Assembly: GCA_002104945.1 (NCBI GenBank)
Contig: MCFH01000002.1
Coordinates: 62,001 to 126,000 of the forward strand
DNA: 64,000 nt
Direction: 5' to 3'
Origin: Piromyces finnis finn
Taxonomy: Eukaryota > Fungi > Neocallimastigomycota
Of the stretch, positions 28,201 through 38,105 are shown piece after piece. Each line of letters begins with the position of its first letter. Position 1 is the stretch's first letter. Position numbers and translations under genes: made by a program. The notes beneath the pieces are model-generated. The model saw nothing but the letters and a program-made list of their open reading frames with translations. It did not search any database and was not told the origin of the DNA.

Positions 28201-29756
28201 TGGAATTTGGTATCCAGAAATGTTCAACGATGGTGATTCGTCCTGAATCAATAGAAAATCAGAACAAGAGAGATCCAACATTTTACTTAGCAGGACAACC
28301 CATTCCAACTACTGATTGTTATACTTATCTTGGTGTTCCATTTGATAAGAATCTGTCCCTTAAACCAGTTATTAAAGCTCTTAATAACAAGGTTTTGAAA
28401 GGGCTTTTTTCAGTCAGTAAATTCTTAAGAAATCCTAATATTCCTATTCCCTTCAAAAAGCTAGTACTTAACTCACAAGTGATTAGCAGAGTTTCATACT
28501 TTGCACCATTACTTGGATCCAACAAAGCTAGGTCTAGGATTGCTCAGAAGCATGTTAACAAAGGAATACGATGGGTTGCCGGAGTTCATAAAGCTGTATC
28601 GATTATATCTTTATACTCTATCTCAAAAGATTTGAATATTCCTCCATTGTCAGCCAAATGTGCGTTAGCTCAGGTTAGATGTTTTAACAAATGGAAAAAC
28701 TCAAATTGTATTATCTCATACCTTGTCAATTACATTCCTAAATTTAGAAAATACACGTGGTGCAAATCAAGTAGGACACTTGATAAAAAACTAAAGAAAC
28801 ATGGAGATGTTAAAGCAGTTAAAAACTTTTATTGGAAAGATCTCAAAGGGAATTCAATCAAAGCGCAATATTATGATGATAATAAGTTTATTGAAACTAA
28901 AGATTTTATTAAATTATGTTATGAGTACCCAGAGTTTGCCTATGGCTTCTACTGGCTATTGAAAGCAAGAAGCGGATACAAGTTGGATGCTAGAGTTGCC
29001 AAAGCTGCTAAATTTGTTGATCCAGTTTGTCCTAACTACTGTCCATGTTGCAAGTGTGGTGTTCAAAGTATTAAACATTGGTTATTAGATTGTCCAACAT
29101 TTAGAGATATCCGTATTAAACATTATGATTCCATAGTCCAGCTACTAAATTTTTTCAGTCAACGTAATTCCAATAGTCCTTTCAATAATAATGAAAATGT
29201 TAATATCAGTAGAGATAGCAATAACATTAATAGTAATAGTAACAATAGTAGTAATAACAATAGTAATAGTAACAATAGTAATAATAACAATAGTAGTAAT
29301 AGAAATAGTAATAATAACAATAGTAGTTATAGAAATAATAATACTAGTAATGATAGCAATAGTGAAGATAATAATTCTAATTTAGATAGTAATTTAGTTA
29401 ATGATAGTAATAGTTCTAATAATCCGGTGAATATTAATGTGTATGATTATTCTAGTGTGTGCAGTAAAATATTTAAATTCCTTCTTGGGGGAAGAAGTTT
29501 TAACAATATTAATTACAATTCAAGGGAATGGAAAGAACTTTGTAAGCGTCAGATTCAATCTGGTACTAATGAAGGAACACCATTCTTGACGGTAACCGCG
29601 GAACTTCTAACCAAAATCATGCCTTTTGCTATTGGCCAGCAATGGTCAATGTTCAAAAGGTTTGAAGCAACATCCAAGAGCGTCAATGCTGAAGAAACAG
29701 TAAGACAGGCCAGGAGGGCCAGCGCAACCAATGGAGATCATAATTTTGTTCCATGA
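25212..29756 (+). CDS. LINE polyprotein: N-terminal putative RRM-like domain, Q/S/N linker, apurinic-like endonuclease, reverse transcriptase, CCHC-type C-terminus
   Basis: APE motifs LSWNTNG, FQET, NVYMP, VGDFN, IDH and SDH. RT motifs KASGPDGIP, NYRGISL, EQFGFRK, FLDLRKAYDSV, GVRQGCPLSP, FADD and YTYLGV. Cys/His motif CPNYCPCCKCGVQSIKHWLLDC. Confidence 0.95.
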   Translation: MSVLYIKDKNYIRRGTRSYGIPLDDIRSFFIRGIRSWSVNMLWEKLEVILEDKFNSVISVKYFQTFNDHFFLVKVHGSSKDCIKILHMLKKKLSVTSISFSARSRRNHKYIFSTLKRKILVSNKHQHSIQQSFQQSVQQSHQQSDLQQDLQQDLQQVSNHENIPDLQQTQFQSQHSTINSNSSINSANSSIVDSSSVSQPSSNSSTYSSDASSINNDDLDNNNNSNDSSSSNKPDNFSFCLSWNTNGWNHEKRDSISYFTAIFKPLFLCFQETGNGSGSNTDYPCRVTLRNYRHFFKKADESVPGMRGLYLGFHNSCQASLENFSGKYIISIYTFSLWNRFKCSIGNVYMPHSHHNIYVDHAKLEVRLWLQTHSSHPSILVGDFNMSKVKLSNWLSTNGLGDWEILPLRGSTISWTRGDQSSDIDHALINSKMKDLIHSGSFINNFYPVSDHKPLLINGKIIPMDDFSNDFNVPKKILKWNRLKCIEEKESILSHNKFQILSAKFNDPNVSTDELSKEFTSTAFSIADELSITSANNVIKSSFHISQQIFNLQKIKMKLYKRFKKERIYDIDEFIKRIKIYRKLIDYIHKRCNEFRKQEYLHWIKTGCEYMKSHNPKKAWKWIKKTAKIGKDSFFIAQPIKNKNGELVVATEEQLDVWHDHFEKLASDPSGVSLDLEHWYEEPTNKRFSLPMLDEWDINQDISIDEVKSAILSTPNYKASGPDGIPIEFYKALIPSSNDSNNATDNNSSGNTTSDNDAHGLNFILKLFNRIWDGDFPNSWNESSIVSIPKKGDLTDCDNYRGISLINNGIKLISKIVTTRISEYGLKNNFIRPEQFGFRKKEESISLFISIQEICRRRQLDNKETYLAFLDLRKAYDSVPIGNILHKLDCLGIRGKSLQFIKNLYLTSKANVKLNGQFSKSFDVKKGVRQGCPLSPILFNLFINDIFKECEDLGVSLGDTRCCGGLFADDIVICAPTRGYLKKMLRRVNEWALYNEMEFGIQKCSTMVIRPESIENQNKRDPTFYLAGQPIPTTDCYTYLGVPFDKNLSLKPVIKALNNKVLKGLFSVSKFLRNPNIPIPFKKLVLNSQVISRVSYFAPLLGSNKARSRIAQKHVNKGIRWVAGVHKAVSIISLYSISKDLNIPPLSAKCALAQVRCFNKWKNSNCIISYLVNYIPKFRKYTWCKSSRTLDKKLKKHGDVKAVKNFYWKDLKGNSIKAQYYDDNKFIETKDFIKLCYEYPEFAYGFYWLLKARSGYKLDARVAKAAKFVDPVCPNYCPCCKCGVQSIKHWLLDCPTFRDIRIKHYDSIVQLLNFFSQRNSNSPFNNNENVNISRDSNNINSNSNNSSNNNSNSNNSNNNNSSNRNSNNNNSSYRNNNTSNDSNSEDNNSNLDSNLVNDSNSSNNPVNINVYDYSSVCSKIFKFLLGGRSFNNINYNSREWKELCKRQIQSGTNEGTPFLTVTAELLTKIMPFAIGQQWSMFKRFEATSKSVNAEETVRQARRASATNGDHNFVP

Positions 29757-29991
29757 CAAAATTTTGATCTTTGGCTTGGTGTCCCATTGGAAGTCAAATA
29801 CAATTATTATACTTTAGTATGATAGTGGTTTTCTTACTTTAATTAAAATTACTAGAATACATTATACCCAATTTTTATTCATTTGTGTTTATTTAAACAT
29901 ATTTTTTTTTATTTTTATTTATTTTTAATTTTTTATTACATGTATTATAATTTTAATTAAATTAATAATAAAGTTTAAAATATTTGATGCC

Positions 29992-30034
<43 letters not shown>

Positions 30035-30205
30035 ATATATTTAGTAATTGCGATTTTATAGGTCTAACTTTATATTGGATAAAATATTACTTTTAACTAT
30101 AGTTATTTTTTATATCAATATTTTATTTTTATTTATTTTAAATTTTTTTTTTTTTTTTTACATTATTAAAAAAAAAAAACAATAATAATAAAAATAATTA
30201 TTTTA

Positions 30206-30246
<41 letters not shown>

Positions 30247-30924
30247 AGAACGGTACGATTAAATCATTATAATATAATGAATAAAAAAAACATATATTAT
30301 AACTATTTAATTTTATATTAAAAGATATTATGTGAATAATTTAAAAAATATATGAAAGATTGAAGAAAAAAAAATATTCGTAAAAATTAAAAAAAGTATA
30401 AATGAATATTAAATTCTTCTATAGATGATAAAGTATAAAAATCTATATTATTTTATATATTAATTTATATATCATCTATTTATAAATAATGATATTGGTT
30501 ATTATGTAAGAAAAAAATTATGTATATATATAAATTTTTAATATATATATTATTAAAATGTTATTAAATTATTAAAAAGTATATTTATGTTAAGAAAACA
30601 TTATAGTAAGTGTAGTTAATTGATTATATTAAACTTGATTTTTCGATTTAAATGATATTTCTTCCTATATTTTATCTATATTGATCGATTAATTAATTAT
30701 TTGTTTAAATATAAAATATGTTTTAAGAAATAAAATAGATATTTTACTTTATATATTATATCTCTTAAAAGACAATAATATATTTTAATATGATAATATT
30801 ATGTTTGTTTTAATATTTTCTTTCTTTCATTTTTCTTTTCTTTTTTCTATATTTAGTGTTTATATATAATTAATATATTATGTTGAATATTTTTGAATTT
30901 AAAATTTTTTCTTTCTTTTTTTTT

Positions 30925-33004
30925 TTAAAGTTCTTTGGATCTTGGATAAGAACCAATAATATTAACATCAACACAACAATTATTAAGTTCAGAAAAAGCT
31001 GTCTTTAAAGTTTCATCTTCTATGTGTCCTTCAACTTCTAAAATGAAGATGTAATGCCAATGATGTTGATGAGATGGTCTTGAATCAATTTTTGTAATGT
31101 TAATATCATGTTGCTTGAAAACAGCAAGTGCATTACATAAAGCTCCTGGTTGACGATGATCAACAGTAAAAGAGAAAATAGTTTTGTCATTACCTGAAGG
31201 TCCATCATAAGATTGACCAATAATGAAAAATCTTGTTGTATTATCTAATTATTAATAAAGATAAAACAAAACAAACGGGAATAATGTATAACACAATAAT
31301 TTAATAACATTTATATTAGTTATGTTAGTAATAATATTATTATTAAATATCTTTTATATTAATTTTACCTTGAAGATCTTCAATATCTCTATCTAATATT
31401 TTTAATCCATAAATTTCAGCACAAACTGAACTACAAATAGCACCAGCACCGGATTCCTTTGAAGCAAGTTCTGCAGCATGACTAGTAGATGATACTGGAA
31501 CTTTTTGTACATTTCTCATCTTGGCATTTAACCACTTAGAACATTGACCTAAAGCCTATTATTATGCATGATAATTAAATAATAACATAACAAAATTATA
31601 AAAAAATTCCATTAAATATCGCTATTGTTTACTAATTAGCAAGTACTAATGAAATATAATACAAACTTCTGGATGACTGTAAATTTTTGTGATATCAGAT
31701 AAGTCTGAAGATTTAGATAAAAATTGATGATGAATCTTTTTACAAAAATTAAGAATTATTTTTATATACAATATTTACAAATAAAAATTAATAAACATAA
31801 TAATAATAAGCAATATAAATTATCATTATAATTTATGATATATCTTACTGGAAGATATATATCTGCTCTAACTTTAGCAGAGGTATTAATTAATTTATCA
31901 ATGGTTTGAGTAACAGTTCCATGAGTAGAATTTTCAAATGGTACAACACCATAAGTTGCTTGCTTCTTTTCAACAGAATTGAAAACATCTATTATTATAT
32001 ATATTTATTGATTAATATTATTTATATGATGAAAATAACTATTTGCTATATTGAATTCTGAAAATTATAATTGAAAATTATTATATTATTTTATTATATT
32101 TATTGTTGACTATACCAGCAATAGTTTTTTGCATTGAATAAATTACACTATCACCAAAACGATTAACAGTAGCCTAGAGACAGTTTAAAAAATTAATATT
32201 ATTTATTTTCATAAAAGTGTGTATATATTTAATGATATTCTTTTTTAAAAATGAAAATTACTTGATGAGAATAAGTTCCTCTTGGACCTAAATAACTAAT
32301 TTTTAATTCTTTATTTAATGATAATGATGCTGACATAATTTCTCTGAAAATTGAAACTAAAGTATTATTTGGTAAAGGTCCTTTGTTAATTTGTTGAATC
32401 TTTTTAATATTAATTATTATTTATACAATATAATGGATAATTGAATTTTAAGTATATAGATATTAAATAGATTATTTGTTAGTTAATTACATATCGGGAA
32501 TTGATATATTAAATAATACGTTTTTAATAATTCTCGGTATTTTTTTTTTTTTTTTCTTAAAATAAATAATTTTGCTTTTGTAGAATTTTCATTGAATTGA
32601 AATCAATATCATTTATTTATTTTTTTAAATATATTTCAATAAATAAATTAGATTTATTCAAAAAAAAAAATTTTTTTTAATTTAAATTGTAATATAGAAT
32701 AAGAAATTGATTGTGTTTTGTTCCAATTACTTTTAGTTTCTTTTTTATTTTTTTTTTTATAATTTCAATATAATATTATTGAATATATATAGAGATTAAA
32801 AAAATAAAAAAAGTTGAGTTAATGAAATTTATATAGCTTATATTATGATTTTTTATTTATTTTTTTTAGAGGGTCTATATAGTATTGTTTTATTATTCTT
32901 TCTGAAGGGTTTCTTAAAAGGTATCAATATATGGTTATAAATATATACTTTCAAATATTAACAGTACTTTTTAGTAATAATGATGATGATATTTTAACTT
33001 TAAA

Positions 33005-33040
<36 letters not shown>

Positions 33041-34001
33041 AATGATTATCAGGTTTTTAATAAATTATTATTTGTATTATATGCTTTTTGTATTTTTTAA
33101 AACAAGTTGAAAGAATTTGTGAAATTTTTATTATATCTTATAATAGGGTTTATATAATATAAATAATAAAAAGTTATAATAAACATTTACTTGCTTATAA
33201 ACTTCCATTTCTCTTGCTGGATCATGAGGTTCATTTATTTTCATTTCATCTCTGTTATTATATATAAAAAAGAAGAGTTGTCAAAAATAATTATTCTCGA
33301 GAATTATTATATTTTACTGAATTTTGTTTAAATTACTTTGCTATATTCTCCTTAACATTATCGATATTAAGAGCTACCATTGCACGTTCTTCAGAATTAG
33401 AAAAACGTTTTTTAATAATAAAAAAAATAATTCCGATTAATAATGGAATATAAAAATATTCTTTATATATGTATATATTTTTTATTGAAACATTTTCAAA
33501 AACGTTATATATACATAAACATGTATATATATTTTTTAAATTTAATAACAACAATAGATATTGTTTATTAAAATAAATCATAATAATATAATTTATTAAT
33601 ATTTATATAAAATAGAATTTGACAATATAATAAATAAATGTTGAATGTTAAAACATTAATGGGTTATATATAAAAAGACAATAAAATAAAGAAAAAGATA
33701 TAGTATTAATACAATGGATTATAATTCATCTTTTTTTTTTTATTTATATATTAGTCTTTTAACATATGTTTTGGGGTTTCTTTTTCAAAGAGTGTCAAGT
33801 TATATCCAAAACTTTAAAGAAAAAAAATTGTTCTTATGATTTTTTTTTAAAAAAAAAATAATAATGATAATAACAATAAAAAATAAAACTTATAATTTAG
33901 ATATATAAAATAAAATTACCATTAAGTAAGTTTACAATGGAAGTATCCAAATTATCAATTTGTTCTCTTAATTCTTTTAATTCTTCAAATTGGTCTGCCA
34001 T
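30925..34001 (-). CDS. pheA: Bifunctional chorismate mutase / prephenate dehydratase (P-protein: AroQ-type CM + PDT + ACT), 9 exons by manual splicing
   Basis: Spliced product MADQFEELKELREQIDNLDTSIVNLLN-ERAMVALNIDNVKENIAK-DEMKINEPHDPAREMEVYKQ-IQQINKGPLPNNTLVSIFREIMSASLSLNKELKISYLGPRGTYSHQ..., then VVPFENSTHGTV, IYSHPE/ALGQC, DNTTRF, PGAL, NITKIDSRPS and IIGSYP. Exons 33920-34001, 33337-33388, 33191-33251 and 32262-32399 join with consistent intron phases. Confidence 0.9.
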
Positions 34002-34919
34002 AATTAAATAAAAAATAATTAAAATATTTTATAATGAATATCAATATCTATTATTATAATTAATTATTTATTAATTTATTATTGAAATTTTTATTTAATG
34101 TTTTCTTTTTAATTATTTATTTTGTACTATTTTTAAAGAAAAAAAAAAAAAAAAGGAAAATTGATAAATCTTTTAAACTTTATTTTATATATAGAATGAA
34201 TATATATTAATATATAACTCGATTTAATGAAAATTCAATTAAATCAATTAAATTTAATTTGATTTTTGACGAATTTTTTTTCTAGTTCCAAATAAAAATA
34301 CTTTAATAAGAATTTGGTTATATTATTGAAGAAAAAAATTTAGACTTTAATTCTTTAAAATAAATATTTATAAATGTAATGAAAAAAAAAATATATATAT
34401 ATATAATTATAATGCAATGTAATGAATATTTATTTATATTTTAATAATTAATATTATAAAATATAATTAACATGATTTCTAATATTATAAGATAAATGAA
34501 CAATTTAAATTATTTTTTCTTTTTTATAGGTTTTGTTAAACTTCTTTTAATACTAGTTAAAGTTTTTGATTATTAACTATTATTATTATTATTATTATTA
34601 TTATTATGATATTAAATATTTCAATAATAAATAAAAATGATTGGTTAAAATTAAAGATTTTACAACAGTTCGAATTTATTCAAAAAAAATTAAAAATAAA
34701 AAAAATAAATATAATATATATTTATAATATATTAATAGTATTTAAAATAATAATATTATTTTAAAAAAGAAAATAGTTCATATTTAATATAGCAATATAG
34801 CATTTTTTAAAAAAGATTTGTTATTAGTATATTAATTAAATACTAAAAGGAAAAAACATTCATCTTTAATTTTATTCATATACAATTAACGCTTTTTTTT
34901 TAAAAAAATTAAATTCAAA

Positions 34920-37161
34920 ATGTTATCAGAAGTTGTTGTAGCTACTTCTTCCACAGATTCATTTATATACATATGGGATATACGTTCTGGCACTTTATTA
35001 ACCACTTTTAAAGGAAATAAAACAGATACACACGCATTATCTTTATTATCACCATTATATCAACCAGCGAGAAAAGCTTATATTTTTAGTGCTCAAAATG
35101 ATCGACCACAAATTAATGTTTGGTCTTTTAGAAAAGTAATTATAAATTCAATATAATTAATTTGAAATTCATGAATTTCAGAAATGAATCTTAAATTAAG
35201 AGATTATTATATACTTTTTTTTTGGATGATTTTTTTATATATATGAAATTCGCGTTTCTGTTTATTTAAAATTTATAATATATTAATAATAATATAATTA
35301 TGTAATGCTTTTTTTAAAATTATTTTATTTCATCTTTTTATAAAAATAAAAATATAAAGGATCAATTATTATATAAATTTACAGTACCAGAAAAATTAAG
35401 CTCAACAATTATTACTAATAATAACAATTACTTTATCGGTGGTTCTGAAAATGGAAGAATATTTGTCTGGGAGGTTTGAAAAATAATTTTAAATTAAATT
35501 TTAAAGTATAGATTTTTAAATTAATTGGAAAATATTAATTAATATAATTTTATATAAATTCAAAAAAAAAAAAAAAAAAAAAAAAAAAAGATTTCATCAG
35601 GAAAATTAATTAAAATAATTGATGCTCATTATAAAGCTATTAATGTTATGAAGGTTACTGATGATGATATTGCTTTAATTACAGGTTCAGAAGATAGTAT
35701 AGTAAAAGTTTGGTTATTAAATGAGTAAGTTTATAAAATAACATGAACTTTAAAAAAGAAATACATTTCACGATTCGTTTGTTATCTATTTTCCCAAAAT
35801 ATTATCAAAAGTATTAATACTTAAATATTTTTAATAGTTTAATTAACAATCAACCTATACGAAATGCAATTACACCATACTATACCTGGACAGAGCATAC
35901 CTTACCTATTACAGATTTAGTATGCGGTTTAGGCTTAATGAGTTATTCAAGAGTAGTTACTGTTTCTTTGGATCGTTCTTGCAAAGTAATCTATTTAATC
36001 TGTATTTATAATATTTATGTGTAATCATTTATATAAATATTGATATATTATCAAAATTATTATAAATATATTTTTAATAAATAAAAAGATTTGGGATTTA
36101 TCTGATGGCAAATGCTTAGCAACTATAGTAGTACCAACAAATATAAGATCTGTAACAATGAATCCAACAGAAACAAGTATTTATATTGGTGGAGGCGATG
36201 GTTTAATTTATTGTGTTGATTTATATTCAAAAACAAAAAATAGTCAATATGGAACAAAAGTCGAATTAAATGTACATCCAGAAGGTGTTATTGATCTTTC
36301 AAATAATAACAAAGATTCTAAAGTATTTAAAGGTCATAGCCAAGCTATAAATAGTCTTGCATGTTCATTTGATGGAAGTTTATTAGTATCAGCTTCTGAT
36401 GATGAAAAAATAATTATATGGGATGCTGAAAGTCAACAACAATTAAAGTCTTTTGCTCAGTGTAAAGGTAATTTAGATTATTTATAATTATTTGTAATAA
36501 GCTTAATATTAAAATTTATGTATTTTTATTTTCTTTTCTCTTTTTCTTTTTTTATATATTCATTGATATTTTGATTTTAGGAAAAATCACAAATGTTCAA
36601 GTTATCTTACGACCAATTGATTTACTTGATACACAAAGTAAATATCCATTGCCTATAATAAAGCCACTTAAGAGATTTGTTGAAAATGAAATGGAAGGAA
36701 TGAACCAAGAAATCGAAACACCATATATTGGATATAGTAATGTAAGTAAACCAATAATTTAAAATATTATAAAAGATATATTATTTATAGAGCTAAATAA
36801 AATTTTTTACATTTCTTATTTTGTTATGTAGGAACTGGAGGAATTAGAAAATAAATATAAAACATCATGTAACTATTTAAATATCTTATTTTTATTTTAT
36901 TAGAGAAAAAAAATAATTTAAAACTTATTATTATTATTATTATCATTATTATTATTATTATATATAGATTCTAATAAGTTAGAAAATATGACTAAGCAAA
37001 ATGATAAATTATTTGGTACTAAAAAAGGATCTGAAGATGAAATTGAACGTTTACAAAATAGAATAACAGAATTAGAAAAACATTCTAGTCAATTACGTGT
37101 TATTAATGAATCATTATATAATTACTCAGTTAATAATTTTTTAAATTCCAACAATTCTTAA
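34920..37161 (+). CDS. IPI3: WD40 protein Ipi3/WDR18 (Rix1 complex, pre-60S processing); multi-exon
   Basis: N-terminal IYIWDIRSGT...YIFSAQNDRPQINVWSF, GGSENGRIFVWEISSG, DAHYKAIN...TGSEDSIVKVW and FKGHSQAINSLACSFDGSLLVSASDD; C-terminal coiled coil EIERLQNRITELEKHSSQL. Confidence 0.8.
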
Positions 37162-37560
37162 GGCAGCAAAATATACATTTTTTAATATCATCTTTATTAT
37201 TAATTTATCATAGATAACTTTATATAAAATTTAATATAGAATTATTTAAAGTTCCCATAAAAATTATAAATAGTAAAAATAAAATTAAAAAAAAAAAAAA
37301 AATACAAATTGAAATGATATATAGTAATTTTATTAGGTTTTAATATTTTATTTATTTATTTATTTATTTTTGGATTTTTAATTCTTTGTTTTTAATTTGT
37401 TTTTATATTTATATTTTTGTTTGTGTTTGTATTTGTATTATCTGTATTTTTATTATAATAATTATTTAATTATATTTTGAGAAAGGCTATCAAATTATAA
37501 TTTGACTATATATTTCTTAGAATATATATTAAATGATTAATTATTTTCTATTATTTTCTA

Positions 37561-37591
<31 letters not shown>

Positions 37592-37892
37592 ATTATATTA
37601 TTTTAATATAATTATTTCATTACTATTTTGCCTTTTTTTTTTTTTTCTATTATTATTATTACTATTACTATTTTATAGCCATATTTAATTATAATTATAA
37701 TTATTAATTATTTTATTAAAATTTATAGCTCAAATTAAATACATTTAATATTAATATAGAAATTTAGTAGAGTAAAAAAAAATAATATAAAATAATATTA
37801 TATAATGAAGATTTTTGTAATTAATGATTATATCTATAAAAAACCTTTTTTTTTCTTTTTCTTTTTTTTTTTTTGAATTAAAGATAAATAAT

Positions 37893-37927
<35 letters not shown>

Positions 37928-38105
37928 AAAAAAAGAAAAGATATAAGATATTGAATGTATTTGTTTAAAAAAATGAAGATAATTATTTAACAAGTATGCT
38001 TTTCTTCTCTTTTAAAAATATAAAATAGGTACTATAATGCAATGAAATTACTTCTATGATTATTATGCTTACAAATAGAACATTTATAATTTTTTAGAGA
38101 TTTAT

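Larger units (their letters stand above)
24321..30032 (+). mobile_element. Full-length, apparently intact single-ORF LINE (family B), about 5.7 kb
   Basis: Perfect 14-bp TSD TAATATATTTAGTA at 24307-24320 and 30033-30046. 891-nt 5' UTR, uninterrupted 1514-aa ORF, AATAAA at 29967 and an A38 tail at 29995-30032. Confidence 0.95.
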
